A stretch of DNA of 64,000 nucleotides from Elusimicrobiota bacterium (GTDB taxonomy: Bacteria; Elusimicrobiota; Elusimicrobia; Elusimicrobiales; UBA9959): contig WOVA01000007.1 of the NCBI GenBank assembly GCA_009773155.1, positions 1,108 to 65,107 of the forward strand, given 5' to 3'. The stretch's first letter is position 1. Each line of letters starts with the position of its first letter. The translations under genes and the position numbers were made by a program. The notes below the pieces were generated by a model, which saw nothing but the letters and a program-made list of their open reading frames with translations, ran no database searches and was not told the DNA's origin. This document shows positions 1 through 12,401 of this stretch, piece after piece.

Positions 1-3000
1 TCGGGGTCTATCCTGACGGCGCGGTCCACGAATATCTTCGCGTCGTCCTTCCTGCCGGCCTTCAGCGAGGCCCGGGCCTGGTTGAGCCAGATGTCCGCGT
101 CGAAGGGATCGGCCTTGGAGGCCTTGTGATAGTACTCCGAGGCCCCCGATGCGTCGCCGGCCCTGAAAGCCAGGTTGCCGAGATTATTCAGCGCGGCCGC
201 GTGGCCCGGGTCCCCCTCGAGCAGCTTCCCGAAGGCCTTGCCTGCCTCCGCGTCCGCCCCGTGCTGCGCGTGCAGCAGACCCAGATTCACCAGGGCGTCC
301 TCGTTGGAGGGTTCGGAGGCGAGGATATTGCCGTAGTACTTCTTCATGTGCTCGTAGCGCGCCTTAAGCAGAGCCTCCAGCGCCTTCTTCACCCGCGGGG
401 CCAGCTTCTCCCCGCCCTCGTACCTGGCCTCCGTCTCGGGCAGGGTGACGGGCTCGAACTCGGACCAGGCGGAGCGCACGTCCGAGACCCTGACCTGGTC
501 CTTCATTTTCCGGTGCATGTCGGCCGCGGTCGAGACGGCGTCGTAGAAGTCCTTGCCGACCATGGTGGTCTCCAGCGGTATCCACCAGGCGTCGTTGTGG
601 CGCACCAGCATTTCCTCCGGCAGGCCGATCTCCCTGGCGTCGGCCGCCCTGGCCTCGAACATCACGGCGATGTGGGCCGGGTAGTCCAGCAGGGCGGCGC
701 GCAGGCCGCCCGCCTCGAATATTGAGGAGAACATGGCGACCAGGTCGTCGCAGTCGCCGCTGCGTATCTTGAGCGTGGTACGCGGGAACTGCACGGTATC
801 GAGCATCTGCTCGTCGGCGCCGCTTTTGACCTTGGAGTACGGGTTGACCGGGTCGGCCAGGTAGGAGATCCCCTCCTCGCCCAGAGCCTCCCACGCGAAG
901 AGGGCCTTGACCAGATTCTCGTCCAGCATGACGTTCTCTTTCTCCAGCTTGGCCGTCTCCAGCAGCGCGTAGCGGCTGAAGGCGAAGACCGGCGTGTCTT
1001 TGGCGGTGATGAAGGTCGCCAGGCGCTCGGGCCTGTCCCAGATTATCGCGTTCTTGGAAAGCACCTTTATGGGCTTGTTCAGCGTGACCGTCTTCTCCTG
1101 CCCGTCGTCGTAATAGGTCACCGAGAGCTGCGACTGTATCGGCGTGTCCTCGGTGATGCCCAGTATCCTGTTGTTGAGCGTCGCCATCAGGTCGACTTCC
1201 TTCACTTCTTTGGGGCCTATGGACTCCAATATGGAGTCGTGCGGAAAGTCCATGTAGTCCCGCAGGTGGAAAGAGATCTTGACGTTGCTGAAGGCCTTGT
1301 CGGTGTTGTTGCGCACCGCGATGCGGCCGACCGGCTTGTTGAGGTAGCGCTTGTAGCTGGCCGAGAAGATGTAGTCGAGTTCCGTGGCCTCTATCTCGAC
1401 CGGCGAGACATTGCGCGGGTCCCGGGCGGCAGCGGCGGGCCTGGCCGCCTCCGCCTTTCCGGCTCCCGCGGCCTTGGCCGTCTGAGTGTATTCTCCGGGG
1501 AAACCCGCGGTGGAGACCGCGGCCGCCCGGTAGCGGTAGGAGACGCCGGCCTCGGCCGACGCGTCTTCATAAGAGGTCTTCTCGGTATAGGCCAGCTCGG
1601 CCCACTTGCCGCCTTCGGCGGGGGATCTGAAGACCTTGTAGCCCTTGATCCGGTCGTTCCCGGCCGGCTTCCACGAGAGCTTCACGCCCTTGCCCCCGGC
1701 TTCGGCGGCGAAGTCCGCCGGGGCCTCGGGTATATAGCTTATGTCGAAAGTTACTATCCTGCCCGCTCCCGCGTCGGCGATGTGTATCCTGTCGCCGCCG
1801 TAGGCCAGAAATTGCGGAGCGCTGAGTTCCCGGTCTCCCGCGCCGCGCGCGAAGAAAGAGGCCTGGAAGCGGCCGCCCGCGTCGAAGATCTTGACGCTGT
1901 AAGCGCCCTTGTCCAGCACGTAGAAGAAGCCCTTGCCGTCGTAGACCAGCGAGGCCGGGGAGGCCAGCGCCCCGGAGTCGTCCCAGGTCGAGAGGTATTT
2001 GCCGGACTGGTCGGTGACTATGACCTTTTTAAGCCCGGCGTCGAGTATGTAAAGGTTGTTCTTCTCGTCGGAGGCCGCGTCGACGGGGTTCATCAGCGAC
2101 AGGCCGCCGACCTGCGGGCCGATGGCGAAGAGAAAGATGCCGTCCTGGCTGAAGGCCTGGACGCGCTTGTTCCTGGAATCGGCGATATAGACGTTGCCGT
2201 TGCCGTTGACGGTCAGGCCCATCGGGGTCTTGAACTTGCCTTCGCCGGCGCCGGAGCCCCCGAACTGGGAATCGAAAGAGCCGTCGGCCTTGAAGACCTG
2301 CACCCTGTCGTTGCCGGTATCGGAAACGAAGAGCTTGCCGTCGGCGGCGGCGAAGACGCCCTTTGGCGCCCTCAACTGTCCGGGCAGCTTGCCCATGGGG
2401 GCGATGGTCTTCTTGACGCCTTTCTCTATCAGCACAAGTTCCATGGCGTCGGGCATATGGGCGACCATAGAGCCGTCCTTGCGCACTGCCAGCACGTCGC
2501 TTTTGAAAGGCGCTTTGTCCGCGGGGCCCTTTATGGTGAAGCGGGCAAGCAGGGGGGCCGGCTTGAGGCCCTCGGCGCCCTTGGTGCCCTCCAGCTTCAG
2601 GTGGGTGATCTTTTTATTGCCGTCGTCGCAGAGATACAGCGTGCCGGCCGGATCGGTGGCGGCGCCGCAGAGGTTCTGGAACTCGGTCCTGCCCTTGCCG
2701 CGGGTACCGAAGGTGCCGATCACGGAGCCGTCATAGCCAAGCTCCCGGACCTTGCCCTCCCTGGCGTTCACGACATAGATTATCCCGTCGGGGTGCAGCG
2801 CCAGCCCGTTATTGGGGATCTCCTGCTCGCGCAGCAGCTTGCCGGCGCGGTCGTACTGCTGCAGCAGCGACTTGGACGGGTCGGAGACGAATATGTTGCC
2901 GGCGAAGTCGACGGCTATCGCGACGGGCTTCACGGCCGTCACGCCGTCGTTGCGTTTGGCCGGAAATCCGTAGAGGTAGATGCCGTCGGCGTTGAAGACC

Positions 3001-3443
3001 TCTATGCTGGAGGCGCCGGTATTGGCCACGTAGAGACGCTCGTCGGGTCCGAAGGCCAACCCCTGCGGCGAGGTCAGCTGGCCCGGGGATTTACCCTTGC
3101 CGGAGAAGGACCAGAGGTACTTGCCGTCCAGGTCCGTCACGCTGACGCGGGAATTGCCCGAATCGGCTATGTAGAGGCGGTCATTGCCTATGGCCAGGCC
3201 GGCGGGGCTTTTAAGCTGCGCGTCCGATTTCCTCACGAACTTGCCGTCGGCGGCTTCGAAGACCAGTACCGCGTTCGCCTTGGCGTCGGAGACGTAGACC
3301 TTTTCCCCGTCGGAGGCGACGCCCGCGGGCTTGGTCATCATCGGATTGATTATCTGGCCCTTGAAGTCTATCCTGTCGTAGGCGCCCGCCGGAGCGGCCA
3401 GAAGTACGGCGAGTATAAGCGCGCATAAATTAAAACTCTTCAT
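1..3443 (-). CDS. Secreted multidomain protein, C-terminal end off-window: signal peptide, NHL-type beta-propeller repeats, FN3-like domain, transglutaminase-like core, C-terminal TPRs
   Basis: My own minus-strand translation from ATG 3443 (MKSFNLCALILAVLLAAPAGAY...) stays open in one frame to position 1. It is absent from the ORF track because it has no in-window stop. Recurrent NHL-like units (e.g. SPAGLAIGNDRLYIADSGNSRVSV). FN3-like KLSWKPAGNDRIKGYKVFRS. SGDCDDLVAMF...AHIAVMF resembles a transglutaminase-like Cys/His core. TPR-like tail (ALVNLGLLHAQHG, ALNNLGNLAFRAGD). Confidence 0.8.
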   Translation of the reverse strand, partial: MKSFNLCALILAVLLAAPAGAYDRIDFKGQIINPMMTKPAGVASDGEKVYVSDAKANAVLVFEAADGKFVRKSDAQLKSPAGLAIGNDRLYIADSGNSRVSVTDLDGKYLWSFSGKGKSPGQLTSPQGLAFGPDERLYVANTGASSIEVFNADGIYLYGFPAKRNDGVTAVKPVAIAVDFAGNIFVSDPSKSLLQQYDRAGKLLREQEIPNNGLALHPDGIIYVVNAREGKVRELGYDGSVIGTFGTRGKGRTEFQNLCGAATDPAGTLYLCDDGNKKITHLKLEGTKGAEGLKPAPLLARFTIKGPADKAPFKSDVLAVRKDGSMVAHMPDAMELVLIEKGVKKTIAPMGKLPGQLRAPKGVFAAADGKLFVSDTGNDRVQVFKADGSFDSQFGGSGAGEGKFKTPMGLTVNGNGNVYIADSRNKRVQAFSQDGIFLFAIGPQVGGLSLMNPVDAASDEKNNLYILDAGLKKVIVTDQSGKYLSTWDDSGALASPASLVYDGKGFFYVLDKGAYSVKIFDAGGRFQASFFARGAGDRELSAPQFLAYGGDRIHIADAGAGRIVTFDISYIPEAPADFAAEAGGKGVKLSWKPAGNDRIKGYKVFRSPAEGGKWAELAYTEKTSYEDASAEAGVSYRYRAAAVSTAGFPGEYTQTAKAAGAGKAEAARPAAAARDPRNVSPVEIEATELDYIFSASYKRYLNKPVGRIAVRNNTDKAFSNVKISFHLRDYMDFPHDSILESIGPKEVKEVDLMATLNNRILGITEDTPIQSQLSVTYYDDGQEKTVTLNKPIKVLSKNAIIWDRPERLATFITAKDTPVFAFSRYALLETAKLEKENVMLDENLVKALFAWEALGEEGISYLADPVNPYSKVKSGADEQMLDTVQFPRTTLKIRSGDCDDLVAMFSSIFEAGGLRAALLDYPAHIAVMFEARAADAREIGLPEEMLVRHNDAWWIPLETTMVGKDFYDAVSTAADMHRKMKDQVRVSDVRSAWSEFEPVTLPETEARYEGGEKLAPRVKKALEALLKARYEHMKKYYGNILASEPSNEDALVNLGLLHAQHGADAEAGKAFGKLLEGDPGHAAALNNLGNLAFRAGDASGASEYYHKASKADPFDADIWLNQARASLKAGRKDDAKIFVDRAVRIDP

Positions 3444-3696
3444 CGTAATCCTCCGCGGAAACAAAGGTGCATTAGCAAGTCTATGGAAATCCCTCCATTA
3501 TTATATATTAGATTGGCGGGCCGCGGAAAACACCGGAGTACCGACGAGAGATCTCATGCTCATCCTTGGATTAGAAAATGCTACACCGGGAACACCCCGC
3601 CGGCGGACGCCGGCGGACGGCCTTGCCAAATCCCCGCTATATTTATATTATTCTTGCATTCCATAAAACCCTGGAGAACCGGAACGGAGCCGAAAA

Positions 3697-4386
3697 ATGG
3701 ACCTTGGATTCGTAAAACGCGTGATCTTCACCTCTATAGGCAGGAAGTTCGTCATGGCCGTCACGGGCCTGGCGCTGGGCGCTTTCATCATAGTGCACCT
3801 GGGCGCGAACCTGCTGCTCATGAAAGGCGAGGAGTCCTATAACGGTTATGTGGCGCTGCTGCTGGCCAACCCGCTCATCCTCTACGCGGAACTGGGCCTG
3901 GCCGCGATCTTCCTGCTGCACATCGCGACGGCGGTCTGGGTGCGCTGGGAGGACTGGCGCAACGCCCCGTCGGGCTACGAGGAGCGCCGTTGGCAGGGCG
4001 GCCGCACCCTGGGCTCGGCCACGATGCTCTACACCGCCATAGCGATACTGGCGTTCCTGGTATACCACATAGTTGACTTCCGCTTCGGCGATCATTCCGT
4101 CGGCTTCTACCAGATGGTCACCGCCGCCTTCCGCGACCCGGTCTTCGTCGGGATATACGTAGCGGGCTCGCTGGCCCTGGCGCTGCACCTGAGCCACGGC
4201 ATGCAGAGTTCCTTCCAGACGCTCGGCGTGAACCACCCCAAGTACACTCCCTTCATAAAGTTCGGCGGCCTGCTGGTCGCGCTCTCGATGATCGGCTTCG
4301 CCCTGATCTCGGTCTATTTCCTGCTCGAACTCGACCACAGGAAGGCCGAACATCATTACCAGGTCGCCGCGACGGAGGCCAGATAA
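3697..4386 (+). CDS. sdhC: Succinate dehydrogenase/fumarate reductase cytochrome b subunit (single-subunit b558-type anchor)
   Basis: 229-aa polytopic membrane protein with conserved His in TM helices, immediately upstream of sdhA (2-nt gap). C-A-B order as in Bacillus sdhCAB and Wolinella frdCAB. Confidence 0.85.
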   Translation: MDLGFVKRVIFTSIGRKFVMAVTGLALGAFIIVHLGANLLLMKGEESYNGYVALLLANPLILYAELGLAAIFLLHIATAVWVRWEDWRNAPSGYEERRWQGGRTLGSATMLYTAIAILAFLVYHIVDFRFGDHSVGFYQMVTAAFRDPVFVGIYVAGSLALALHLSHGMQSSFQTLGVNHPKYTPFIKFGGLLVALSMIGFALISVYFLLELDHRKAEHHYQVAATEAR

Positions 4387-4387
4387 C

Positions 4388-6301
<1,914 letters not shown>

Positions 6302-6313
6302 CGGAGCCCCCAT

Positions 6314-7078
6314 ATGAGCGACAACAAGTTCTCGGTGACCGTGAGAGTCTGGCGGCAGGCCGGCCCCGGCGGGAAGGGCCGGATGGAGTCCTACAAGGTG
6401 CCGGACGTCAGTCCTGACATGTCCTTCCTCGAGATGCTCGACGTGCTCAACGAGGACCTCGTAAGGCGCGACGAGAGCCCCATCGCCTTCGACAGCGACT
6501 GCCGCGAGGGCATCTGCGGCTGCTGCGGCCTGGTGGTCAACGGCGACGTGCACGGCCCCGACGAGCATTCCACCGTCTGCCAGCTTCATATGCGCCGGTT
6601 CAGGGACGGCGACGTCATCACCGTAGAGCCCTGGCGCGTGAAGTCGTTCCCGGTGCTGAAAGATCTCGTCGCGGACCGCTCCTCGCTGGACCGGATCATG
6701 GCGGCCGGCGGCTATATCTCGGTCAATACCGGCGCGGCGCCCGACGCCAACGCCATACCGGTGGACAAGGACGACGCCGAGGAGGCCATGGACGCGGCCG
6801 CCTGCATAGGCTGCGGCGCCTGCGTGGCCGCCTGCCCCAACGGCTCGGCCATGCTCTTCACCGGCGCCAAGATCTCGCAGCTGGCGCTGCTGCCGCAGGG
6901 AAAGCCCGAGAAGGCCAGGCGCGCTCTGGCCATGGTCGAGGCGATGGACGCCGAAGGCTTTGGCAACTGCGCCAACGAGTACGAGTGCGAGGCCGTCTGC
7001 CCCAAGGACGTAAAAGTGGCCAATATAGCCCGCATGAACCGCGAGTTCCTGCTGGGCAACTTCCTCTCGAAGCGCTGA
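6314..7078 (+). CDS. sdhB: Succinate dehydrogenase/fumarate reductase iron-sulfur subunit
   Basis: Cys clusters [22 protein letters not shown] and CEAVCP. Follows sdhA. Confidence 0.95.
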   Translation: MSDNKFSVTVRVWRQAGPGGKGRMESYKVPDVSPDMSFLEMLDVLNEDLVRRDESPIAFDSDCREGICGCCGLVVNGDVHGPDEHSTVCQLHMRRFRDGDVITVEPWRVKSFPVLKDLVADRSSLDRIMAAGGYISVNTGAAPDANAIPVDKDDAEEAMDAAACIGCGACVAACPNGSAMLFTGAKISQLALLPQGKPEKARRALAMVEAMDAEGFGNCANEYECEAVCPKDVKVANIARMNREFLLGNFLSKR

Positions 7079-7123
7079 CCGCCCGCGGGAGGCGCCGCCG
7101 TTCCCCTTCGCCCAGGAGAGACC

Positions 7124-8743
7124 ATGCCCGAGTTCGTCTACCGCGAGATCTTCCAGCTCAAAAAACCCGACATAAAATACCGCCTCCTCACCAAAGAAGG
7201 CGTTAAAGCCTTCGGCGAGCCCGGCCACGAGACCGTGGAGGTTGCCCCGGAGACGCTGGCCATGCTGGCCCGCGAGGCCTTCCGCGAGACTTCCTTCCTG
7301 CTGCGGCCCGCCCACCAGGAGCAGGTAGCGAAAATATTCGCCGACCCGGAAGCCTCGGAGAACGACAAATTCATGGCTTACTGCCTGCTCGAGAACGCGG
7401 CCATCTCGGCCCGCTTCGAGCTGCCCTTCTGCCAGGACACCGGCACCGCCACGGTGGTGGCCAAGAAAGGCGAGAATATCCGCACCGGCGTCTACGACGC
7501 GCACTGGCTTTCGCAGGGGATCTGGGAGGCCTACACGGGCGAGAACCTGCGCTATTCGCAGACCGCGCCGCTGGATATGTACGCCGAGAAGAATACCGGC
7601 GACAACCTGCCGGCCCAGACGGACATCTACGCCGTGCCCGGCAACGCCTACGAGTTCCTCTTCATCGCCAAGGGCGGCGGTTCGGCCAACAAGACCACGC
7701 TCTGGCAGGAGACAAAGGCGCTGCTCAACCCGGACTCGCTGGAAAAATTCCTGGTCGACAAGATGCGCTCTCTGGGCACCGCCGCCTGCCCGCCCTACCA
7801 CATCGCTTTCGTTATAGGCGGCACCTCAGCCGAGATGTGCCTCAAGACGGTGAAACTGGCCTCGACCGGCTACCTCGACGGCCTGCCCGAATCCGGCGAC
7901 GGACTGGGCCGGGGCTTCCGCGACCGTGAGCTGGAAGCCAGGCTGTTAAAGGCGGCGGAGAAGATCGGCTTCGGCGCGCAGTTCGGCGGCAAGTATTTCG
8001 CTCACGATATACGCGTCGTACGGCTGCCGCGGCACGGCGCCTCCTGCCCCGTCGGCATGGGGGTCTCCTGCTCCGCCGACCGCAATATTCTGGCGCGCAT
8101 AGACAAGGACGGCGTCTGGCTGGAAGAGATGGACCGCGACCCCGGCCGGCTGATACCGGAGGAAATACGCGCTAAATTCTCTTCCTGCTCCAACTGCGTC
8201 TCCGTCGACCTCAACCGCCCGATGGGCGAGATCCGCGCGGAACTGTCCAGGCACCCCGTCGGCACGCGGCTTTCGCTTAACGGCCGCATCGTGGTGGCCC
8301 GCGACATAGCCCACGCCAAATTCAAAGAACTGCTGGACTCAGGCAGGCCCCTGCCGGATTATCTCCTGAAACACCCGGTCTATTACGCGGGCCCGGCCAA
8401 GACGCCGGCGGGCAGGCCGTCCGGCTCTTTCGGCCCCACCACGGCCGGCCGCATGGACTCCTACGCGGACCTGCTGCAGTCGCGCGGGGCTTCGCTGGTC
8501 ATGATAGCCAAGGGCAACCGCTCGCGGGCGGTCACCGACGCCTGCAAAAAATACGGCGGCTTCTACCTGGGCTCGCCGGGCGGCCCCGCCGCGCTGCTGG
8601 CCGAGCGCAATATCCGGAAAGTGGAGCCTCTCGACTACCCGGAACTGGGCATGGAGGCAGTCTGGGTCATAGAGGCCCAGGATTTCCCCGCCTTCATCCT
8701 GGTCGACGACAAGGGCAACGATTTCTTCGACAAGGGCCGGTAA
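7124..8743 (+). CDS. fumA: Class I (Fe-S) fumarate hydratase, fused alpha/beta type
   Basis: Long collinear blocks matching my recollection of E. coli FumA ([115 protein letters not shown]). Confidence 0.95.
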   Translation: MPEFVYREIFQLKKPDIKYRLLTKEGVKAFGEPGHETVEVAPETLAMLAREAFRETSFLLRPAHQEQVAKIFADPEASENDKFMAYCLLENAAISARFELPFCQDTGTATVVAKKGENIRTGVYDAHWLSQGIWEAYTGENLRYSQTAPLDMYAEKNTGDNLPAQTDIYAVPGNAYEFLFIAKGGGSANKTTLWQETKALLNPDSLEKFLVDKMRSLGTAACPPYHIAFVIGGTSAEMCLKTVKLASTGYLDGLPESGDGLGRGFRDRELEARLLKAAEKIGFGAQFGGKYFAHDIRVVRLPRHGASCPVGMGVSCSADRNILARIDKDGVWLEEMDRDPGRLIPEEIRAKFSSCSNCVSVDLNRPMGEIRAELSRHPVGTRLSLNGRIVVARDIAHAKFKELLDSGRPLPDYLLKHPVYYAGPAKTPAGRPSGSFGPTTAGRMDSYADLLQSRGASLVMIAKGNRSRAVTDACKKYGGFYLGSPGGPAALLAERNIRKVEPLDYPELGMEAVWVIEAQDFPAFILVDDKGNDFFDKGR

Positions 8744-8758
8744 AAAAGGGGGCGCCTC

Positions 8759-9355
8759 ATGGATACCGGTTTCGATCCCTTCGAGCTGATGAAGTACTTC
8801 TGGGTGCTGGCTTACGCGGCGATCATCGGCATAGCCTACCTGATAGGCAAGCTGGCGATGCGCAAGCGGCTCAACAAACTGCGGGACCTGGCCCCTTTCC
8901 TGAGCGCCCAGGCGGTATCCGGTTTCATGGGGCCGCGGCTGGAAGGGGTGAAGGGGGGCCGCAAGTTCAGGGTGACGGTGCTCTCCGGAGGGAAGGGCTC
9001 CCCGCCGGTGCTGCGGCTGACTATCGAAAGTTTCCTGCCGGTCTCGTTCACGATACACAGGCCCACCTCGCTGACCGGGCTGCTGGGGTCCTTCCTTAAG
9101 CGCGCGCCTACGGGAGACCCGGAGTTCGACGCCGAATTCTTCTGCTCCTCGCCGGACGCCACCGCCTTCGCGTCGGTCTTCTCAGACGCCAGGCGCCGGG
9201 ACGCGGCCCGCGGACTGCTGAACAGGGGATACCAGCAGGTAGAGGTCAAGAAAGGCGAGGCCGCGGCGATACTTCCGTCCAGCGACATCGATACGGAGCT
9301 CGACCCCGCCAGGATAAGCGGCGCGCTCGACGACCTGGCCGGGCTTTCGGCCTGA
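8759..9355 (+). CDS. Hypothetical protein with one N-terminal TM helix
   Basis: ORF with a hydrophobic N-terminus (YFWVLAYAAIIGIAYLIGKLA), tightly packed between fumA and archease. No recognisable motif. Confidence 0.5.
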   Translation: MDTGFDPFELMKYFWVLAYAAIIGIAYLIGKLAMRKRLNKLRDLAPFLSAQAVSGFMGPRLEGVKGGRKFRVTVLSGGKGSPPVLRLTIESFLPVSFTIHRPTSLTGLLGSFLKRAPTGDPEFDAEFFCSSPDATAFASVFSDARRRDAARGLLNRGYQQVEVKKGEAAAILPSSDIDTELDPARISGALDDLAGLSA

Positions 9356-9363
9356 GCCCTCCC

Positions 9364-9786
9364 ATGCCTTTCGAGCGGATAGATTCCTCCGGCGACGCCG
9401 GCCTGCGGGCCTGGGGGCCGGACGTCCACGCGGCCTTCTCGGCGCTGGGAGAAGGCTTCTATTCGCTGCTGACCGACACGGCGCTGGTCGCCCCCGCCGG
9501 GGGGCTCTCGCTGACGGTCAAGGCCCCGACGCTGGAATCCCTCGTAGTAAAATTCCTCAACGAGCTCATACACCGCGCGGAAGAGGAGCGCTTCCTGGGC
9601 GCCTCGTGCGACGCCAGGTACTCCTTCTCCGGCGGCGAGTACAGGCTCAGCGCCGTCATCCTGGGTGAAAAATTCAGTTCCAAAAAACATACGCGCGGGC
9701 TGATGCCCAAAGCCGCGACCTATCATGAACTTCAGGCCGGTCCCGTGCCGGACGGCTGGGAAATAAGGGTGATACTAGACGCATGA
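9364..9786 (+). CDS. Archease (RtcB activator)
   Basis: 140 aa with an archease-like N-terminus (...SGDAGLRAWGPD...AF..LGEGFYSL). ATGA stop/start overlap with the rtcB gene downstream. Confidence 0.8.
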   Translation: MPFERIDSSGDAGLRAWGPDVHAAFSALGEGFYSLLTDTALVAPAGGLSLTVKAPTLESLVVKFLNELIHRAEEERFLGASCDARYSFSGGEYRLSAVILGEKFSSKKHTRGLMPKAATYHELQAGPVPDGWEIRVILDA

Positions 9787-11225
9787 AAGAGAAGCTGAGA
9801 CGGCTGGACGACTGGAGGCTGGAGCTGCCCGCCGGCTCCCGCCCCGGCATGGCCGTGCCGGCCGTCATCTACGCGGACGCGCAAATAGAGGGGACGCTCG
9901 ACGACAAAGTGCTTGAGCAGGCCGCCAACACCGCCTGCCTGCCCGGCATACGCCGCGCCGCGCTGGTCATGCCCGACGCGCACGCCGGCTACGGCTTCCC
10001 GATAGGCGGCGTGGCGGCCTTCGGATTACGCGACGGAGTTGTCTCCCCCGGCGGCGTCGGCTACGACATAAACTGCGGCCTCCGCCTGCTGACCACGGCC
10101 CTCTCCGCGGACAGGGTGCGCGCGGCGGGCGGCGCCGTAGCGGCGGCGCTCTTCGCCGGCGTGCCGGCCGGCGTGGGCTCGGAAAGTTCCATCCGTCTTT
10201 CGAAAGCCGACGAGAAGGCGGTAGCGGAGAAAGGCGCGCGCTGGGCGGTGGAGCATGGCATGGGGGACGCCGGCGACCTGGAGCGCTGCGAGTCAGGCGG
10301 ACGCCTGGAGGGCGCGGAGCACGGGGCGCTGACCCGTAGAGCGCTGGAGCGCGGGCGCCGGCAGCTCGGCACGCTGGGCTCGGGCAACCATTTCGTGGAG
10401 ATACAGGAAGTGGAGGAGATACTGGACCCCTCCGCCGCCGCGGCCTTCGGCCTGGCCAAAGGCATGGCCGCCGTCATGGTCCATTCGGGCTCGCGCGGGC
10501 TCGGCCACCAGGTCTGCGCGGATTCCATCGACGAGATGCTCGCCGCCGCGCGCCGTTACGGCATAGCTCTTCCCGACAGGGAACTGGCCTGCGCGCCCTG
10601 CTCCAGCCCCGAGGCGGAGCGCTACCTGGCGGCCATGCGCGCGGCGGCCAATTACGCCTGGGCCAACCGGCAGGCGCTCGGGTGGAGCGCCGGAGAGGCG
10701 ATCGCGGCGGCGCTTAAACTTTCCCCGCGCGAACTGGGCTTGAGTCTGGTCTACGACGTGGCGCACAATATCGCCAAGGTCGAGGAGCACGCCGCTCCCG
10801 GCGGGCGCGCGGAAAAGCTCATGGTGCACCGCAAAGGCGCCACGCGCGCTTTCCCGCCGGGACACCCCGAGGTCCCCGCGGAATACAGGACGGCGGGACA
10901 GCCCGTCATCATCCCGGGCGACATGGGCAGACCCTCTTTCGTGCTGGCCGGCTCGGGGGCGATGGGCGAGACCTTCGGCTCGGTCTGCCACGGCGCGGGC
11001 CGGCTGATGTCGCGCGGCGAGGCTTCGCGCAGGGCGCGGGGCCGGGATATAACGCGCGAACTGGCGGCGAGAGGCGTCTCGGTCATGGCCGCCGCGCGCG
11101 GCACGCTGGGAGAGGAAATGCCCGAGGCCTACAAAGACGCCGGGCAGGTGGTGCGGGTCGTGGAGGGAGCGGGGCTGGCGCGGATCGTGGCCAGGCTCAG
11201 GCCGCTCTGCGTGGTCAAAGGTTAG
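9783..11225 (+). CDS. rtcB: RNA 3'-phosphate/2',3'-cyclic phosphate-5'-OH ligase RtcB
   Basis: RtcB metal and GMP-His motifs GYDINCG, GSGNHF, HSGSRGLGHQ, CHGAGR. 480 aa. Confidence 0.95.
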   Translation: MKEKLRRLDDWRLELPAGSRPGMAVPAVIYADAQIEGTLDDKVLEQAANTACLPGIRRAALVMPDAHAGYGFPIGGVAAFGLRDGVVSPGGVGYDINCGLRLLTTALSADRVRAAGGAVAAALFAGVPAGVGSESSIRLSKADEKAVAEKGARWAVEHGMGDAGDLERCESGGRLEGAEHGALTRRALERGRRQLGTLGSGNHFVEIQEVEEILDPSAAAAFGLAKGMAAVMVHSGSRGLGHQVCADSIDEMLAAARRYGIALPDRELACAPCSSPEAERYLAAMRAAANYAWANRQALGWSAGEAIAAALKLSPRELGLSLVYDVAHNIAKVEEHAAPGGRAEKLMVHRKGATRAFPPGHPEVPAEYRTAGQPVIIPGDMGRPSFVLAGSGAMGETFGSVCHGAGRLMSRGEASRRARGRDITRELAARGVSVMAAARGTLGEEMPEAYKDAGQVVRVVEGAGLARIVARLRPLCVVKG

Positions 11226-11228
11226 GAT

Positions 11229-12329
11229 ATGAAACCGGCATTCATCTTCGTTTTCGCCCTGATGATGGGCGTCTATGTCTGGCTGCACTTCTACGCGGCC
11301 GGCTGGCTGGCCCGGAACTTCGCCCCGCACCTGGCCGGCGCCCTGCGTCTTTCGCTGCTGATCATGGCGCTGCTCTCCCCCGCCTCCATGTTCGTCCGGC
11401 GCATGGTGAACGCCCCCCTGGAGCATCTCTACACCGCGGCCTTCATCTGGATGGGGCTGATCTTCCTCTGGGGCATGGGGTTCCTGGTCTACGACGGGTT
11501 CAGACTGGCGCTCGCCGCCGCCGTCCGGCCTCTGCCCGCCTGGGCGCCGCGGGCCTTCTGCGCGATACTGGCGGCGCTGACCGCGGTCTCGCTCTACAAC
11601 GGTTTCCGGACTCCGGATATACGGCGCTTCGACCTGGCCGTGCCCGGCCTGCCGGACCGTTTCGACGGCCTGAAGATAGCGCAGATCTCCGACATGCACA
11701 TAGACTCCGGCTACCAGCTGGTGAAGTTCAGGGGAGCCGTGGAAAAGATAGCCGCGGAGGCGCCGGACCTGATCGTTTTCACCGGCGACCTCCTGGACCC
11801 GGGCATCAGGTGCGAGGCCGAACTGGAACGCGCGGTGGCCGCCCTTAAACCGCGCCTCGGCATGTTCGGGGCGCCGGGCAACCACGAATACTATTACGGC
11901 CTGGACCGCTCGCTGGGCTGCTACGAACACATGGGGATAAACCTGCTGCGCAACTCGACGGCGGAGGCGGGCGGGCTGAAGATAGCGGGGCTCGACGACA
12001 TAAGGACGGCCGGGCTGGACGAGGCCGACGTGGAGCGGGTGCTGGCCCCTCTCAGGGACGAGCCTTTCGCCCTGGTGCTCAGCCACCAGCCGCTGCTCTA
12101 CGACGTCATAGCCAGGAAGGGCCGGTTCCTGGTGCTTTCCGGGCACACCCACAGGGGACAGATCTTCCCCTTCCACTTCTTCACGCGCCTGGCGTACAGG
12201 TATTTTTACGGTCTCTACCGGATAGGGGATTCTTTCTTCTACGTCACCTCGGGCGCCGGCACCTGGGGCCCGCCGATGCGCCTGCTGGCCCCGGCCGAAG
12301 TGCCGCTGATCACACTCCGGAAAGCGTGA
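11229..12329 (+). CDS. Membrane-anchored calcineurin-like metallophosphoesterase
   Basis: N-terminal TM helices, then DMHIDSG, GDLLD, GNHEYY and GHTHRGQ motifs. Confidence 0.85.
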   Translation: MKPAFIFVFALMMGVYVWLHFYAAGWLARNFAPHLAGALRLSLLIMALLSPASMFVRRMVNAPLEHLYTAAFIWMGLIFLWGMGFLVYDGFRLALAAAVRPLPAWAPRAFCAILAALTAVSLYNGFRTPDIRRFDLAVPGLPDRFDGLKIAQISDMHIDSGYQLVKFRGAVEKIAAEAPDLIVFTGDLLDPGIRCEAELERAVAALKPRLGMFGAPGNHEYYYGLDRSLGCYEHMGINLLRNSTAEAGGLKIAGLDDIRTAGLDEADVERVLAPLRDEPFALVLSHQPLLYDVIARKGRFLVLSGHTHRGQIFPFHFFTRLAYRYFYGLYRIGDSFFYVTSGAGTWGPPMRLLAPAEVPLITLRKA

Positions 12330-12354
12330 GGCGGCCCGCCGGCCGTAAAATGAA

Positions 12355-12378
12355 AAGCCCCCGGAGGTCCGGGGGCTT
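12355..12378. terminator. Hairpin between convergent genes (bidirectional intrinsic terminator candidate)
   Basis: aagcccccgga-ggt-ccgggggctt. The T-rich tract on the minus strand (ttttcatttt) follows the stop of 12402..13199. Confidence 0.6.
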
Positions 12379-12401
12379 CGCATTTCGCGGCGCGGGCGGC
12401 A

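Noticed and set aside
1239-3428. 729-aa plus-strand ORF
   Set aside because: It is antisense to the NHL-repeat gene, whose minus-strand translation shows repeated NHL, FN3 and TPR motifs. The plus-frame product has no motifs and a shadow-frame composition.
10293-12383. 696-aa minus-strand ORF over rtcB and the metallophosphoesterase
   Set aside because: The opposite strand carries complete catalytic motif sets for both enzymes. The product is arginine/proline/glycine-rich, as in shadow frames.
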